Positions 1-8,762 of a DNA stretch of 64,000 nucleotides are shown here, piece after piece; the first letter of the stretch is position 1, and each line of letters starts with the position of its first letter. Source of the DNA: an uncultured virus (IMG/VR IMGVR_UViG_3300047557_000941) (taxonomy: Duplodnaviria > Heunggongvirae > Uroviricota > Caudoviricetes > Crassvirales); IMG/VR virus record IMGVR_UViG_3300047557_000941, positions 1 to 64,000 of that record; one strand, given 5' to 3'. The notes under the pieces are model-generated. The model had not been told where the DNA came from, did not search any database, and worked only from the letters and a program-made list of their open reading frames with translations. The position numbers and the translations under genes were made by a program.

Positions 1-1
1 T

Positions 2-1657
2 AGAGTTACACCATCATCAGCAGGCGATCAGTATTTAACAACCGGAGATGCAGGTATTGCATATTCAAATACTTATTTTGGTACAGGTCAAGTTCGAATT
101 GGTGGAGGTGCTGATCACGTTGGAAATACAGTTTTATCTGTTGCCCCAGGTGTCGTGAATTTTGATAGACCTGGTGTTGGTGGTGGAGCCTTAAAGATTT
201 TTAGTGATGGTAAAATAGGTATTAATCAGACAACTAATAATGGATATCAACTTGATGTAAGTGGTACGGGAAGGTTTAGTGGACAATTAACATCTGATTA
301 TCGTTTAGGGTTACCCGGAATGACAATTGGTTATTGGGATTCAGTAAATAATCGAATTGAAAGTGGTAGTAGACCTTTATTAATTACATCTTATTCTCAA
401 CCAATTTATATTGGGCAAAGTGGTAGTGCTAATTTAACAATAGCAACATCAGGAGCAGCCACGTTTTCGAGTAGTGTTACAACTCAAGGAGAATTAAATG
501 TTGGCTTTGGTACATTATCATCTGATAGAATGATGCAAGTAAGTGGTACTGCATTTACAAGTGGTACTAGTCAATTTGGTGCGGTATTCAATCCAACTTT
601 TGGCAATACAATTACTAATTTATATGGTATTTATATATCTTTATCTAGTGGAACTTCTGTTACTAATCGTTATGCATTGTTTGTTGATGGACCAAATTCG
701 GGTACTGCTACAAATGATTATTCTATTTATTCAGGGAATGCCGCTAAGTCATATTTTGCAGGAAACGTAGGAATTGGAACGAATTCGCCGGGTGAAAAAT
801 TTGAAGTAAATGGATCAATAAAAGCAATTGGTAGGACTATAAATGCAACATCAACAGGTGGTCTTTCGTTGGGTTATGAATCAGGAATTGGATATTTGGA
901 AACATGGAATAGTTCAGCGTTAATTGTTAGAACATATAATTACCAATCATTCAATGTTAGTGGTACTCAATATTTAAAAATCAATACAAATGGAAATATT
1001 TTAATAAACACTAATACAGATGCAGGATACAATGTTTATGTAAATGGACAAATTGCAATGGATACCGGTTCATTTAAGGCGATATTAGGAGGAGTACAAG
1101 CATCTTGGGCAGGAAGTGCATCATATCCAACATTATATGGAAGTTCTAATGATAGATGGGTGATGCACATTAATCCTCACGTATCATACACTCAAAATGG
1201 GGTTAATGGATATACAGGAACTACATATGGTGCAATGCTTAGAATGGCAGGAAATGCGGCTGCAGATATGTATTGGGATATTGGGATTGGTGTTTGTTCT
1301 GTCGGAACAGATAAATTTGCGATTGGAAGAAATAGTACAGCATTATTAACAATGACAAATGGTGGTGCTGTAACAGCTGCAAGTTTCTTTGAATCTTCAG
1401 ATAAAACTATTAAGACTTTAATTGAAGATAATTATCAAACTAAAGGTATTGAATCTATTATAGCTAAGTTGTATATTAAGAATGGTAAAGAAGAACTTGG
1501 ATACTTTGCACAAGATGTACAAGAAATATTACCAAGTGCAGTTAGCAAAGGAACAGACGGATTACTGAGTCTTTCTTATCGTGAGGTGCATACAGCAAAG
1601 ATTGCAAGATTAGAGAAACGTGTATCAGAATTAGAACAATTATTAAACTTAAACTAA
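2..1657 (+). CDS. Tail fibre protein, 5'-truncated by the window, with C-terminal intramolecular chaperone (peptidase S74) domain
   Basis: Frame is open from base 2 (RVTPSSAGDQ...). Has GNVGIGTNSP/GKIGINQTT/GNILINTNT fibre repeats and a C-terminal ESSDKTIK...GYFAQDVQEILPSAV...LSYREV plus coiled coil typical of S74. Confidence 0.85.
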   Translation, partial: RVTPSSAGDQYLTTGDAGIAYSNTYFGTGQVRIGGGADHVGNTVLSVAPGVVNFDRPGVGGGALKIFSDGKIGINQTTNNGYQLDVSGTGRFSGQLTSDYRLGLPGMTIGYWDSVNNRIESGSRPLLITSYSQPIYIGQSGSANLTIATSGAATFSSSVTTQGELNVGFGTLSSDRMMQVSGTAFTSGTSQFGAVFNPTFGNTITNLYGIYISLSSGTSVTNRYALFVDGPNSGTATNDYSIYSGNAAKSYFAGNVGIGTNSPGEKFEVNGSIKAIGRTINATSTGGLSLGYESGIGYLETWNSSALIVRTYNYQSFNVSGTQYLKINTNGNILINTNTDAGYNVYVNGQIAMDTGSFKAILGGVQASWAGSASYPTLYGSSNDRWVMHINPHVSYTQNGVNGYTGTTYGAMLRMAGNAAADMYWDIGIGVCSVGTDKFAIGRNSTALLTMTNGGAVTAASFFESSDKTIKTLIEDNYQTKGIESIIAKLYIKNGKEELGYFAQDVQEILPSAVSKGTDGLLSLSYREVHTAKIARLEKRVSELEQLLNLN

Positions 1658-1658
1658 T

Positions 1659-2093
1659 ATGTCTTGGGCAGGAATAGCAAGTAATCAATGTGTGAGTTGG
1701 GCTAATCTTCAGGATGCGGTAAATAATAATGTATTTATACAGATTGGAACTATACCTCCTCCAGGTATACCTAGTAATAGGGAAGTTACTAAGCTAGGTG
1801 CTTTAACAACAGTGGATATTCAGACTTCTCCTTTATCGGGTAAGACTGATAATCAATTAGTAGTTAAAAGCAATTTAGTAGCATCTTCTTACACTTATTA
1901 TCAACTTAATCATTGCTCAGGTGGACCTGCTGCGTGGACTAAGATTACTCCTGTATTGGGATTGGGTCAGCGTTATGTACTACCAAGTGGTAGTCCTGTG
2001 TTCTATTATTACAATGGAATATTTCAAACTACATTACCTGCTGGATATAACGGATCGATACAAATTGTATCAGGACAACTTTTTTGTCCTTAA
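1659..2093 (+). CDS. Small putative tail accessory protein with a Cys-bounded C-terminal domain shared with the muzzle protein
   Basis: C-terminus YTYYQLNHC...GYNGSIQIVSGQLFCP aligns by eye with the C-terminus of 16199..20317. Confidence 0.6.
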   Translation: MSWAGIASNQCVSWANLQDAVNNNVFIQIGTIPPPGIPSNREVTKLGALTTVDIQTSPLSGKTDNQLVVKSNLVASSYTYYQLNHCSGGPAAWTKITPVLGLGQRYVLPSGSPVFYYYNGIFQTTLPAGYNGSIQIVSGQLFCP

Positions 2094-2122
2094 TTTTTAG
2101 TAATTTTAAAAAAAATATATAA

Positions 2123-2458
2123 ATGAAAACTATCGAAGCAGTCTCAATTTGGGACAATGGTACAGTACAACAAGCGACTATCCTTAACTCTTATGCAGTA
2201 AATGTAACTTTAAATACATCTGCTACTTTTTGGTACGGATTATTTACTACAACCGAAGATGGCAATGTAGGAGTGCAAGTTGCTCAAGGTAATCTGTCTA
2301 TGACAGGAGAGGCTTATGCAGAATGGTCACAAGATACTTATGCTTGGGATTGGATTGCAGGTCAATTAAACCTAGTTATTACAGGAGAATATGTTCCTCC
2401 AGTACCTCCTGAGCCAATTGTAGAAGAAGAAGTTGTAGTTGAAGAACCTATTGTGTAA
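2123..2458 (+). CDS. Hypothetical tail-module protein with acidic, Pro-rich C-terminus
   Basis: 111-aa ORF with A-rich leader, downstream of the fibre gene. Confidence 0.7.
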   Translation: MKTIEAVSIWDNGTVQQATILNSYAVNVTLNTSATFWYGLFTTTEDGNVGVQVAQGNLSMTGEAYAEWSQDTYAWDWIAGQLNLVITGEYVPPVPPEPIVEEEVVVEEPIV

Positions 2459-2478
2459 CTTTACAAAAAAAATATATT

Positions 2479-2748
2479 ATGAAACTTAATTTTAATTTTA
2501 ATCTAACCGATTTAGACGGTAAAGAACTAGAAGGTGCTAATGCAGGAAAGTTATTAGCTAACACACTTATTCAGCAAACCAAAGGTGATGCTGTGAAGTA
2601 TTGGGAATGGGCTCTTGCTTTAAACAAAGGCGATATCCTTGACCTAGACTCATCTGACCAAGAGACTCTTAAGACCTTTATTAAAGATAGCGAGACTGTT
2701 ACTATCTTAGCTAAGGCTCAATTCTTAAATGTTTTTAAGAAGGACTAG
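2479..2748 (+). CDS. Hypothetical protein (possible tail-fibre assembly factor)
   Basis: 89-aa ORF with A-rich leader; function inferred from position only. Confidence 0.6.
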   Translation: MKLNFNFNLTDLDGKELEGANAGKLLANTLIQQTKGDAVKYWEWALALNKGDILDLDSSDQETLKTFIKDSETVTILAKAQFLNVFKKD

Positions 2749-4752
2749 TCTATTAATTACATCATCAGCAGTTATACTCCTCTGACATTCAAATTGTCGA
2801 GGAGTATTTTTGTATATAGGGCACCAGTCCCACGATTTGTCAAATTTAAAGTTCTGATTGTTCCAGCACCCATTGCAAACATTTTTATTTGTGATGCGTA
2901 TACACTCAAACTCGTGGTCCTCTTCAGCGAAGTTATTTATCATAACTACTTCTTTACCTAGAGCCCAAGCAAGCCAACTCACACCACTTCCCAATCCAAT
3001 AAAGAATTCACTGTGGTCGATCAACGCCATCGTATCAAAGATGTTGTGATTAATAATCTGCTCACAATTATCGAACGGATTCTCTTCAAGCGATACGTTA
3101 ATTACTTTATAGCCTTTCTCGTGTAAATAGTTAATTACTCCTTGCCAACCTTCCTTTGTCCAAAACTTACACCCTGATGTAGAGTTGGTAGCAATGGTCA
3201 CATACTTAGTGTCGTTTATTACTTTTTTGTATGGATATATTATTGTTGGCTTAATCTCTTTGAACTCAAGACCAAGAATCTTGGTAGCTGCCTCTTGTAG
3301 TTTAATAGTATTTGGTAACTCAGGCTCCTTGTTTGAATCATAGAACCAACCAATGTTATACTGAGCATAGATATTAGGCACAACCGTTCCAGGTTCCACT
3401 AACTCTATCTCAGGCATAAATAATATCTTATTTAAGAATGTAGATAATATTACCTTACACTTATGTTTCTTCTGAAACTCTTCAGCATATGGTGCCCAGG
3501 CAATTGTATCGCCTAATGACTTACTAGATAAAGCGATATACACACGCTTGCCTTCTAGGTCAAGTACGTTATCGTGTATTAGTCTACCATCCATATAGAC
3601 TTTACTATGCCACTTAGTATAGTATTGTCTATTAAGTTTGACCCAACAGTTTGATCCGATAGTATTCTCATAGACTAACTTGTCAGCATCAAAGTATTGT
3701 ACCTTAAAGTCGGCTTTCAGTCCTGACTTAATCTCTAGGTATGGCTGACCAACAAAGTGTTGGATGATTTTAACATCTTGTTCTTGTTTGTCTAGCGTCA
3801 TTACTTTGTTGTAGAATGCCTTTTGCTTGTCCCAGAATTTAACTGATGTATTATCTGTAGGTACATTGTAATTACATTTAATAGTATTTAGATCGGTGTC
3901 GATAGGCTGAATATACTTATCAAACATCGAGCCGTACTGTGGCAGGTTGTGGGCAATGATTGGTTTACCAAAAGATATTGCCTCACGTAATACTAGTGGG
4001 TTACACTCCCACGTAGAATTGAACATAAAGATATCTGCCATCTTAATGAACCTATGTGCATCATTTCTCTCCAACCACACGTGAACATTAGATGGCAAAT
4101 CCTTCATTAATGGCTCCCAGTAATGCTTGAAATTTATAGCTTGGTTTCCGACAAAATGAAAGTCCATCTCGGGATACTTTCTAGCTATCTCAATCCCCTC
4201 AGCTTGATTCTTACCAGGAGTCCAAAGACCTACGTTTACTATGTTTATTTTGTTTGTATAAAAAGGATTCTCATACGTCTCACTAGTCCTGTCATCAATA
4301 GGAAACTCAATCACTTCTTTGTAAGATGGAGATGAAGCGAATGTCTCTAAGTGATATGGCGTGCAGAAGTAATACGCATCAGGGTGAAATATCTTTTCTA
4401 TGTCATGTTTAAATGACACGTCATGGCACGTCTCCACGATTCGATAGTTTCGGTCTTCCCGATATAACTCAGAAATCATATCACGATTAAATCGCTCAGA
4501 TGGCTCGTGAATGTGAACAATGTCGGGATTGAATTTTGCGATGATGTTGAACAACTCCATCTTGTCCTCGTGCAAAGTATGAAAAGAAACTAGCTCCTTG
4601 ATAGCATTTCGTTGCACGACATAGTCTAAGCTATGGCATTGATATTCTACTACCTCAATCTCAAATGTCTTATAAAGAGTTTGAACACTCTTTAAAACAA
4701 AACCGGGCATCCCTCCAGTTGAGCAATGTGGAATTAAGTATAGTAGCTTCAT
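2725..4752 (-). CDS. Two-domain glycosyltransferase: N-terminal GT4-like domain plus C-terminal Aah/TibC-like (autotransporter O-heptosyltransferase family) domain
   Basis: GT4 motifs PHCSTGGMP, GKNQ and STWECNPLVLREAIS; C-terminal KRVYIALSSKSLGDTIAW, FFIGLGSGVSWLAWA and four-Cys motif CNGCWN...WCP...FEC. Confidence 0.8.
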   Translation of the reverse strand: MKLLYLIPHCSTGGMPGFVLKSVQTLYKTFEIEVVEYQCHSLDYVVQRNAIKELVSFHTLHEDKMELFNIIAKFNPDIVHIHEPSERFNRDMISELYREDRNYRIVETCHDVSFKHDIEKIFHPDAYYFCTPYHLETFASSPSYKEVIEFPIDDRTSETYENPFYTNKINIVNVGLWTPGKNQAEGIEIARKYPEMDFHFVGNQAINFKHYWEPLMKDLPSNVHVWLERNDAHRFIKMADIFMFNSTWECNPLVLREAISFGKPIIAHNLPQYGSMFDKYIQPIDTDLNTIKCNYNVPTDNTSVKFWDKQKAFYNKVMTLDKQEQDVKIIQHFVGQPYLEIKSGLKADFKVQYFDADKLVYENTIGSNCWVKLNRQYYTKWHSKVYMDGRLIHDNVLDLEGKRVYIALSSKSLGDTIAWAPYAEEFQKKHKCKVILSTFLNKILFMPEIELVEPGTVVPNIYAQYNIGWFYDSNKEPELPNTIKLQEAATKILGLEFKEIKPTIIYPYKKVINDTKYVTIATNSTSGCKFWTKEGWQGVINYLHEKGYKVINVSLEENPFDNCEQIINHNIFDTMALIDHSEFFIGLGSGVSWLAWALGKEVVMINNFAEEDHEFECIRITNKNVCNGCWNNQNFKFDKSWDWCPIYKNTPRQFECQRSITADDVINRLVLLKNI

Positions 4753-4801
4753 ATGCTAAAATTAAAATATAATTAGTACTTTTACAAAAAAATATAATAC
4801 A

Positions 4802-5056
4802 ATGGATAAATTAACACAAGACGAGTTGGATCGTTTCAGAGCCGCTCATACAGAAATCAGAAATCTTCGCAACGCATTAGCAGATGCTGAGATATCAATT
4901 CACAATTCCAAAGTAGAGAAACAATCTATTTTAGCTCAGTTAGATACAGCTGGTACAACACACGTTGCTATCCAACAAGAACTACACGCTAAGTACGGAG
5001 ATATCACGATTGACTTTGCGACTGGAGAAATCAAGAACAAAGATGGTAATTCGTAA
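4802..5056 (+). CDS. Hypothetical coiled-coil protein
   Basis: 84-aa heptad-rich ORF ending KYGDITIDFATGEIK. Confidence 0.65.
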   Translation: MDKLTQDELDRFRAAHTEIRNLRNALADAEISIHNSKVEKQSILAQLDTAGTTHVAIQQELHAKYGDITIDFATGEIKNKDGNS

Positions 5057-5261
5057 AATATCAGTTGGTGCAGATTATAAGAATGCAATGAATTATATGC
5101 ATAATCAATCTGTACTCCAAGGAAACTACAAGATTCATTTGATTCGTCAGACCGAAGCAGGAGATATTGAAATCTTCATTGAGGCTAACGATGAGGTGGT
5201 CTTATGGAAAAAGATTAATGGCAATATGCCATTCTTAATTGAATATAATATAGATTTCTAA
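5043..5261 (+). CDS. Hypothetical protein (MVIRKISVGADYKNAM...)
   Basis: ATG at 5043 overlaps the end of the previous gene and is more plausible than the track's TTG start at 4965. Confidence 0.65.
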   Translation: MVIRKISVGADYKNAMNYMHNQSVLQGNYKIHLIRQTEAGDIEIFIEANDEVVLWKKINGNMPFLIEYNIDF

Positions 5262-5262
5262 T

Positions 5263-5826
5263 ATGAAGTCCCCATTTTACTTTATAGTGCAACCCCGTGA
5301 TGGCAAGAGATATGACAACACGAGGGGAGAGCTTATTATTTCTACATCGAAAGAAGACCACCTTGCCACTATGCGTGAGGCTGTTGTTATCTCTACGCCT
5401 ATTGGATACGAGGGTCCTGTTGAACCAGGCGACACGGTCATTGTGCATCACAATACTTTTAGGTTGTATTACGATATGCGTGGTAGAGAGAAGTCTGCTT
5501 GGAATTACTTCCGAGATGACTTGTACTTTATTGATGATCCGTATGCATACAAGAAGCCAGGGTCCGATTGGATTGGTATTGGTCGCTACGTGTTCATCTC
5601 TCCGGTAGAGAACTATAGCACAGGCATACTTACTGCGGACGCAGAGAAGCCTCTTGTAGGCACGATAAAGTATCCAAACGAAGAAGTACTAGCACTAGGA
5701 TTAAAAGAGGGTGACACGGTCACGTTTGAGCCTGAGAGCGAGTATCCATTCTATATTGATGGTGAGAAAGTGTATCGTATGTATACTAAGAATTTAACAA
5801 TTAAATTAGATGAACAAAATAACTGA
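5263..5826 (+). CDS. Phage GroES-like co-chaperonin with two GroES-like halves
   Basis: Two segments with G-D-T-V motifs (VEPGDTVIVHH; LKEGDTVTFEP), upstream of the terminase genes. Confidence 0.55.
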   Translation: MKSPFYFIVQPRDGKRYDNTRGELIISTSKEDHLATMREAVVISTPIGYEGPVEPGDTVIVHHNTFRLYYDMRGREKSAWNYFRDDLYFIDDPYAYKKPGSDWIGIGRYVFISPVENYSTGILTADAEKPLVGTIKYPNEEVLALGLKEGDTVTFEPESEYPFYIDGEKVYRMYTKNLTIKLDEQNN

Positions 5827-6091
5827 GTTAAAGAAACGCATCATTGACTCTGGATATAAAGCCGTTGAAGAGTTGATTAAAGTTGCTGAGGAGAAGATTG
5901 TTACCCACATGGATGATGACTTGTCTGCAGACAAATTAAAGAACGCAGCCGCAGCAAAGAAGTTAGCCATCATGGATGCTTTTGAGATTCTTAAAAGAGT
6001 CGAGGAGGAGAATAATATTATTGAGGGAGTAGTTGGAAACTCTGCACCTACTAACCGTGGGTTTGCAGAACAAAGAGCAAAAGGTAAATAA
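5810..6091 (+). CDS. Putative terminase small subunit
   Basis: Helical 93-aa protein ending GFAEQRAK, upstream of terL; positional inference. Confidence 0.45.
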   Translation: MNKITELKKRIIDSGYKAVEELIKVAEEKIVTHMDDDLSADKLKNAAAAKKLAIMDAFEILKRVEEENNIIEGVVGNSAPTNRGFAEQRAKGK

Positions 6092-6552
6092 TGGTAGTAG
6101 ATAATTTTTTACCGAATCCTGACCATCACTTAAAGAATGTTTTAAGTGGTCAATTCTATGATGTGCCCGATGGACATAAAGTCTTCAAAGGCATACAACC
6201 TAGGGATGGGGATGAGGTAGCTCAATTGCTACTTAATATGTATCCTGATTATGAGATTGCTCATAACTTTATTCGTCTATCTCCTTATGGCCAAATAGAG
6301 CCAAACTTCATTCATACGGATGAGATGATGGGAGATTTGACTGCCATATTATATCTAACAAAGAATCCACCTAAAGATGACGGCACTACATTGTATGACG
6401 AATCTTATAATAAGATACTAATTACCAACGCAAAGTTTAATAGACTATTTATATTTGATTCTACAATTCTTCACTCAAGAAATATTTTTGATAACTATGG
6501 GCAAGGAGAATATTCTAGAATTATACAGGTTGCATTCTTAAAAAAGATATGA
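6091..6552 (+). CDS. 2OG-Fe(II) oxygenase-like protein
   Basis: VVDNFLPNP start, HxD motif (IHTD), AILYL, GTTLY, FNRLFIFDS..LHS, R..QVAF. Confidence 0.75.
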   Translation: MVVDNFLPNPDHHLKNVLSGQFYDVPDGHKVFKGIQPRDGDEVAQLLLNMYPDYEIAHNFIRLSPYGQIEPNFIHTDEMMGDLTAILYLTKNPPKDDGTTLYDESYNKILITNAKFNRLFIFDSTILHSRNIFDNYGQGEYSRIIQVAFLKKI

Positions 6553-8762
6553 GTTTATTCTACATTGAAGATTCTAATGTTCCTGAAAAAATCCTTGCAA
6601 AAAGAAATGCAAAGAAAGATTGGGAGTATGGATGGGATCCTGAGTATGACTTTGTGGTAGTGTCAAAAGATGGCACGATTGGAGAGGTGTACAATATCAG
6701 CGGTCTAAGAGTTGCTCTGCCACTAGCTCCTGATAAGGTTGACTACGATGGCAACAAGTGGAAAGCCACCGAGCTCCCAAAAGAATTATCTCGTATCAAG
6801 ACCATCTTTGATTGGAACCGTCGTGACAATTCATTTAAGTCTCAATGGGTAGACTACATCGAAAAAGAGTTTGACAGACGTGAGCTTGGCTATTGGTTTA
6901 TTAACAATGGCGAGAAGACTTACATCACAGGTGCACATTATATGTATCTGCAATGGTCAAAGACCGACGTAGGTCATCCTGACTTCCGTGAATCAAACAG
7001 AGTATTCTTTATATTTTGGGAAGCATGCAAGGCTGATAGTAGATGCTTTGGTATGTGCTACCTTAAGAACCGTCGTTCAGGTTTCTCTTTTATGGCATCA
7101 TCAGAAGCTGTTAACATTGCAACTTTAGCTAAAGATGCTCGTATAGGTTTAACATCTAAGACAGGTCCCGATGCTAAAAAGATGTTTACCGATAAGGTAG
7201 TTCCGATTGCAAATAACTATCCATTCTTTTTTCAACCAGTGCGTGATGGTATGACCACACCAAAGACTGAACTTGCATTCCGTGTACCAGCTTCTAAGAT
7301 TACTCGTAAGAATATGCACGAGGAGAACGAGGAAGAGATTGATGGATTGGATACAACGATTGACTGGCGTAACACAGCAGACAACTCCTATGATGGAGAA
7401 AAATTATTATATTTGGTTGAAGATGAGGCCGCTAAGTTAGAGCGTCCTATGAACATAGAGAACGGTTGGCGTGTCAGAAAAACTTGTCTTCGTCTAGGTG
7501 CTAGGATTATCGGTAAGTGTATGATGGGATCAACATCTAATGCACTAGATAAAGGTGGAGAAAACTATAAACGTATTTATTATGACTCGAACGTCAGGAA
7601 AAGAAACCAGAATGGTCAGACTATATCGGGTCTATATTCGCTCTTTATTCCAATGGAGTATAACTTTGAGGGATATATTGACGAGTACGGTCACGCAGTA
7701 TTAGAACGTCCTGAGAAGCCTGTGCGTTCAGCAGAGGGTACTTGGATAACACAAGGCGTAATTGAGTATTGGAACAATGAGGTGGCATCGTTAAAGGCTA
7801 ACCCTGATGCACTGAATGAATTCTATCGTCAGTTCCCTAGAACAGAGTCACACGCTTTCCGTGATGAGACCAAGTCATCTCTGTTTAACTTGACTAAAAT
7901 CTATCAGCAGATAGACTACAATGACAGTTTGGTACAAGACCACGTCGTAACACGTGGCTATTTTCACTGGGCTAACGGAGAGAAGGACACCAAGGTTGTT
8001 TGGACACCCGATAAGAATGGTCGGTTCCTAGTATCTTGGATACCTGGACCAGGCATCAACAATAATTATATTACTAAGAATGGGAATAGATATCCGGGTA
8101 ATGAGCATATTGGTGCGTTTGGCTGTGACCCCTACGACATCTCAGGTGCGACCTTTGGTGGATCAAACGGTTCGCTCCATGGGTTAACCAAGTTTAATAT
8201 GACAGGTGCACCATCCAACCAATTCTTTTTAGAATATATTGCTCGTCCACAGACAGCAGAGATATTCTTCGAAGAGGTGCTGATGGCTTGCGTATTCTAT
8301 GGCATGCCTATTCTTTGTGAGAACAACAAAGCACGTCTACTTTATCACTTTAAGAATAGAGGCTACCGTGGGTTCTCAATGAACCGTCCTGATAAGCACG
8401 CACACAAACTGTCATTCACAGAAAGAGAGATTGGTGGTATACCGTCATCAAGTGAAGATATTAAGCAAGCACACGCCACAGCAATCGAGACATACATAGA
8501 GCGTTTTGTGGGATTAGATATGGAGGGTAACTACCGTCAGCCTGATGAAATAGGCGATATGCCGTTCAATAAGACACTTCAGGACTGGGCTAGATTCGAC
8601 GTAAACGACAGAACTAAATTTGATGCGTCAATTAGTTCAGGATATGCTATTATGGCAAATCAAAAGCACGTATATTTGCCTGAGAAAAAAGAGTCAAAAA
8701 TAAGCATTAAATTTGCAACTTACGATAACACTGGTTCCTTCAGTAGAATTAACAAGATATGA
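6549..8762 (+). CDS. terL: Terminase large subunit
   Basis: Walker A-like YLKNRRSGFS, Walker B LVEDEAAK, MGSTS coupling motif, nuclease GCDPYD and KFDASISSG. Confidence 0.93.
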   Translation: MSLFYIEDSNVPEKILAKRNAKKDWEYGWDPEYDFVVVSKDGTIGEVYNISGLRVALPLAPDKVDYDGNKWKATELPKELSRIKTIFDWNRRDNSFKSQWVDYIEKEFDRRELGYWFINNGEKTYITGAHYMYLQWSKTDVGHPDFRESNRVFFIFWEACKADSRCFGMCYLKNRRSGFSFMASSEAVNIATLAKDARIGLTSKTGPDAKKMFTDKVVPIANNYPFFFQPVRDGMTTPKTELAFRVPASKITRKNMHEENEEEIDGLDTTIDWRNTADNSYDGEKLLYLVEDEAAKLERPMNIENGWRVRKTCLRLGARIIGKCMMGSTSNALDKGGENYKRIYYDSNVRKRNQNGQTISGLYSLFIPMEYNFEGYIDEYGHAVLERPEKPVRSAEGTWITQGVIEYWNNEVASLKANPDALNEFYRQFPRTESHAFRDETKSSLFNLTKIYQQIDYNDSLVQDHVVTRGYFHWANGEKDTKVVWTPDKNGRFLVSWIPGPGINNNYITKNGNRYPGNEHIGAFGCDPYDISGATFGGSNGSLHGLTKFNMTGAPSNQFFLEYIARPQTAEIFFEEVLMACVFYGMPILCENNKARLLYHFKNRGYRGFSMNRPDKHAHKLSFTEREIGGIPSSSEDIKQAHATAIETYIERFVGLDMEGNYRQPDEIGDMPFNKTLQDWARFDVNDRTKFDASISSGYAIMANQKHVYLPEKKESKISIKFATYDNTGSFSRINKI

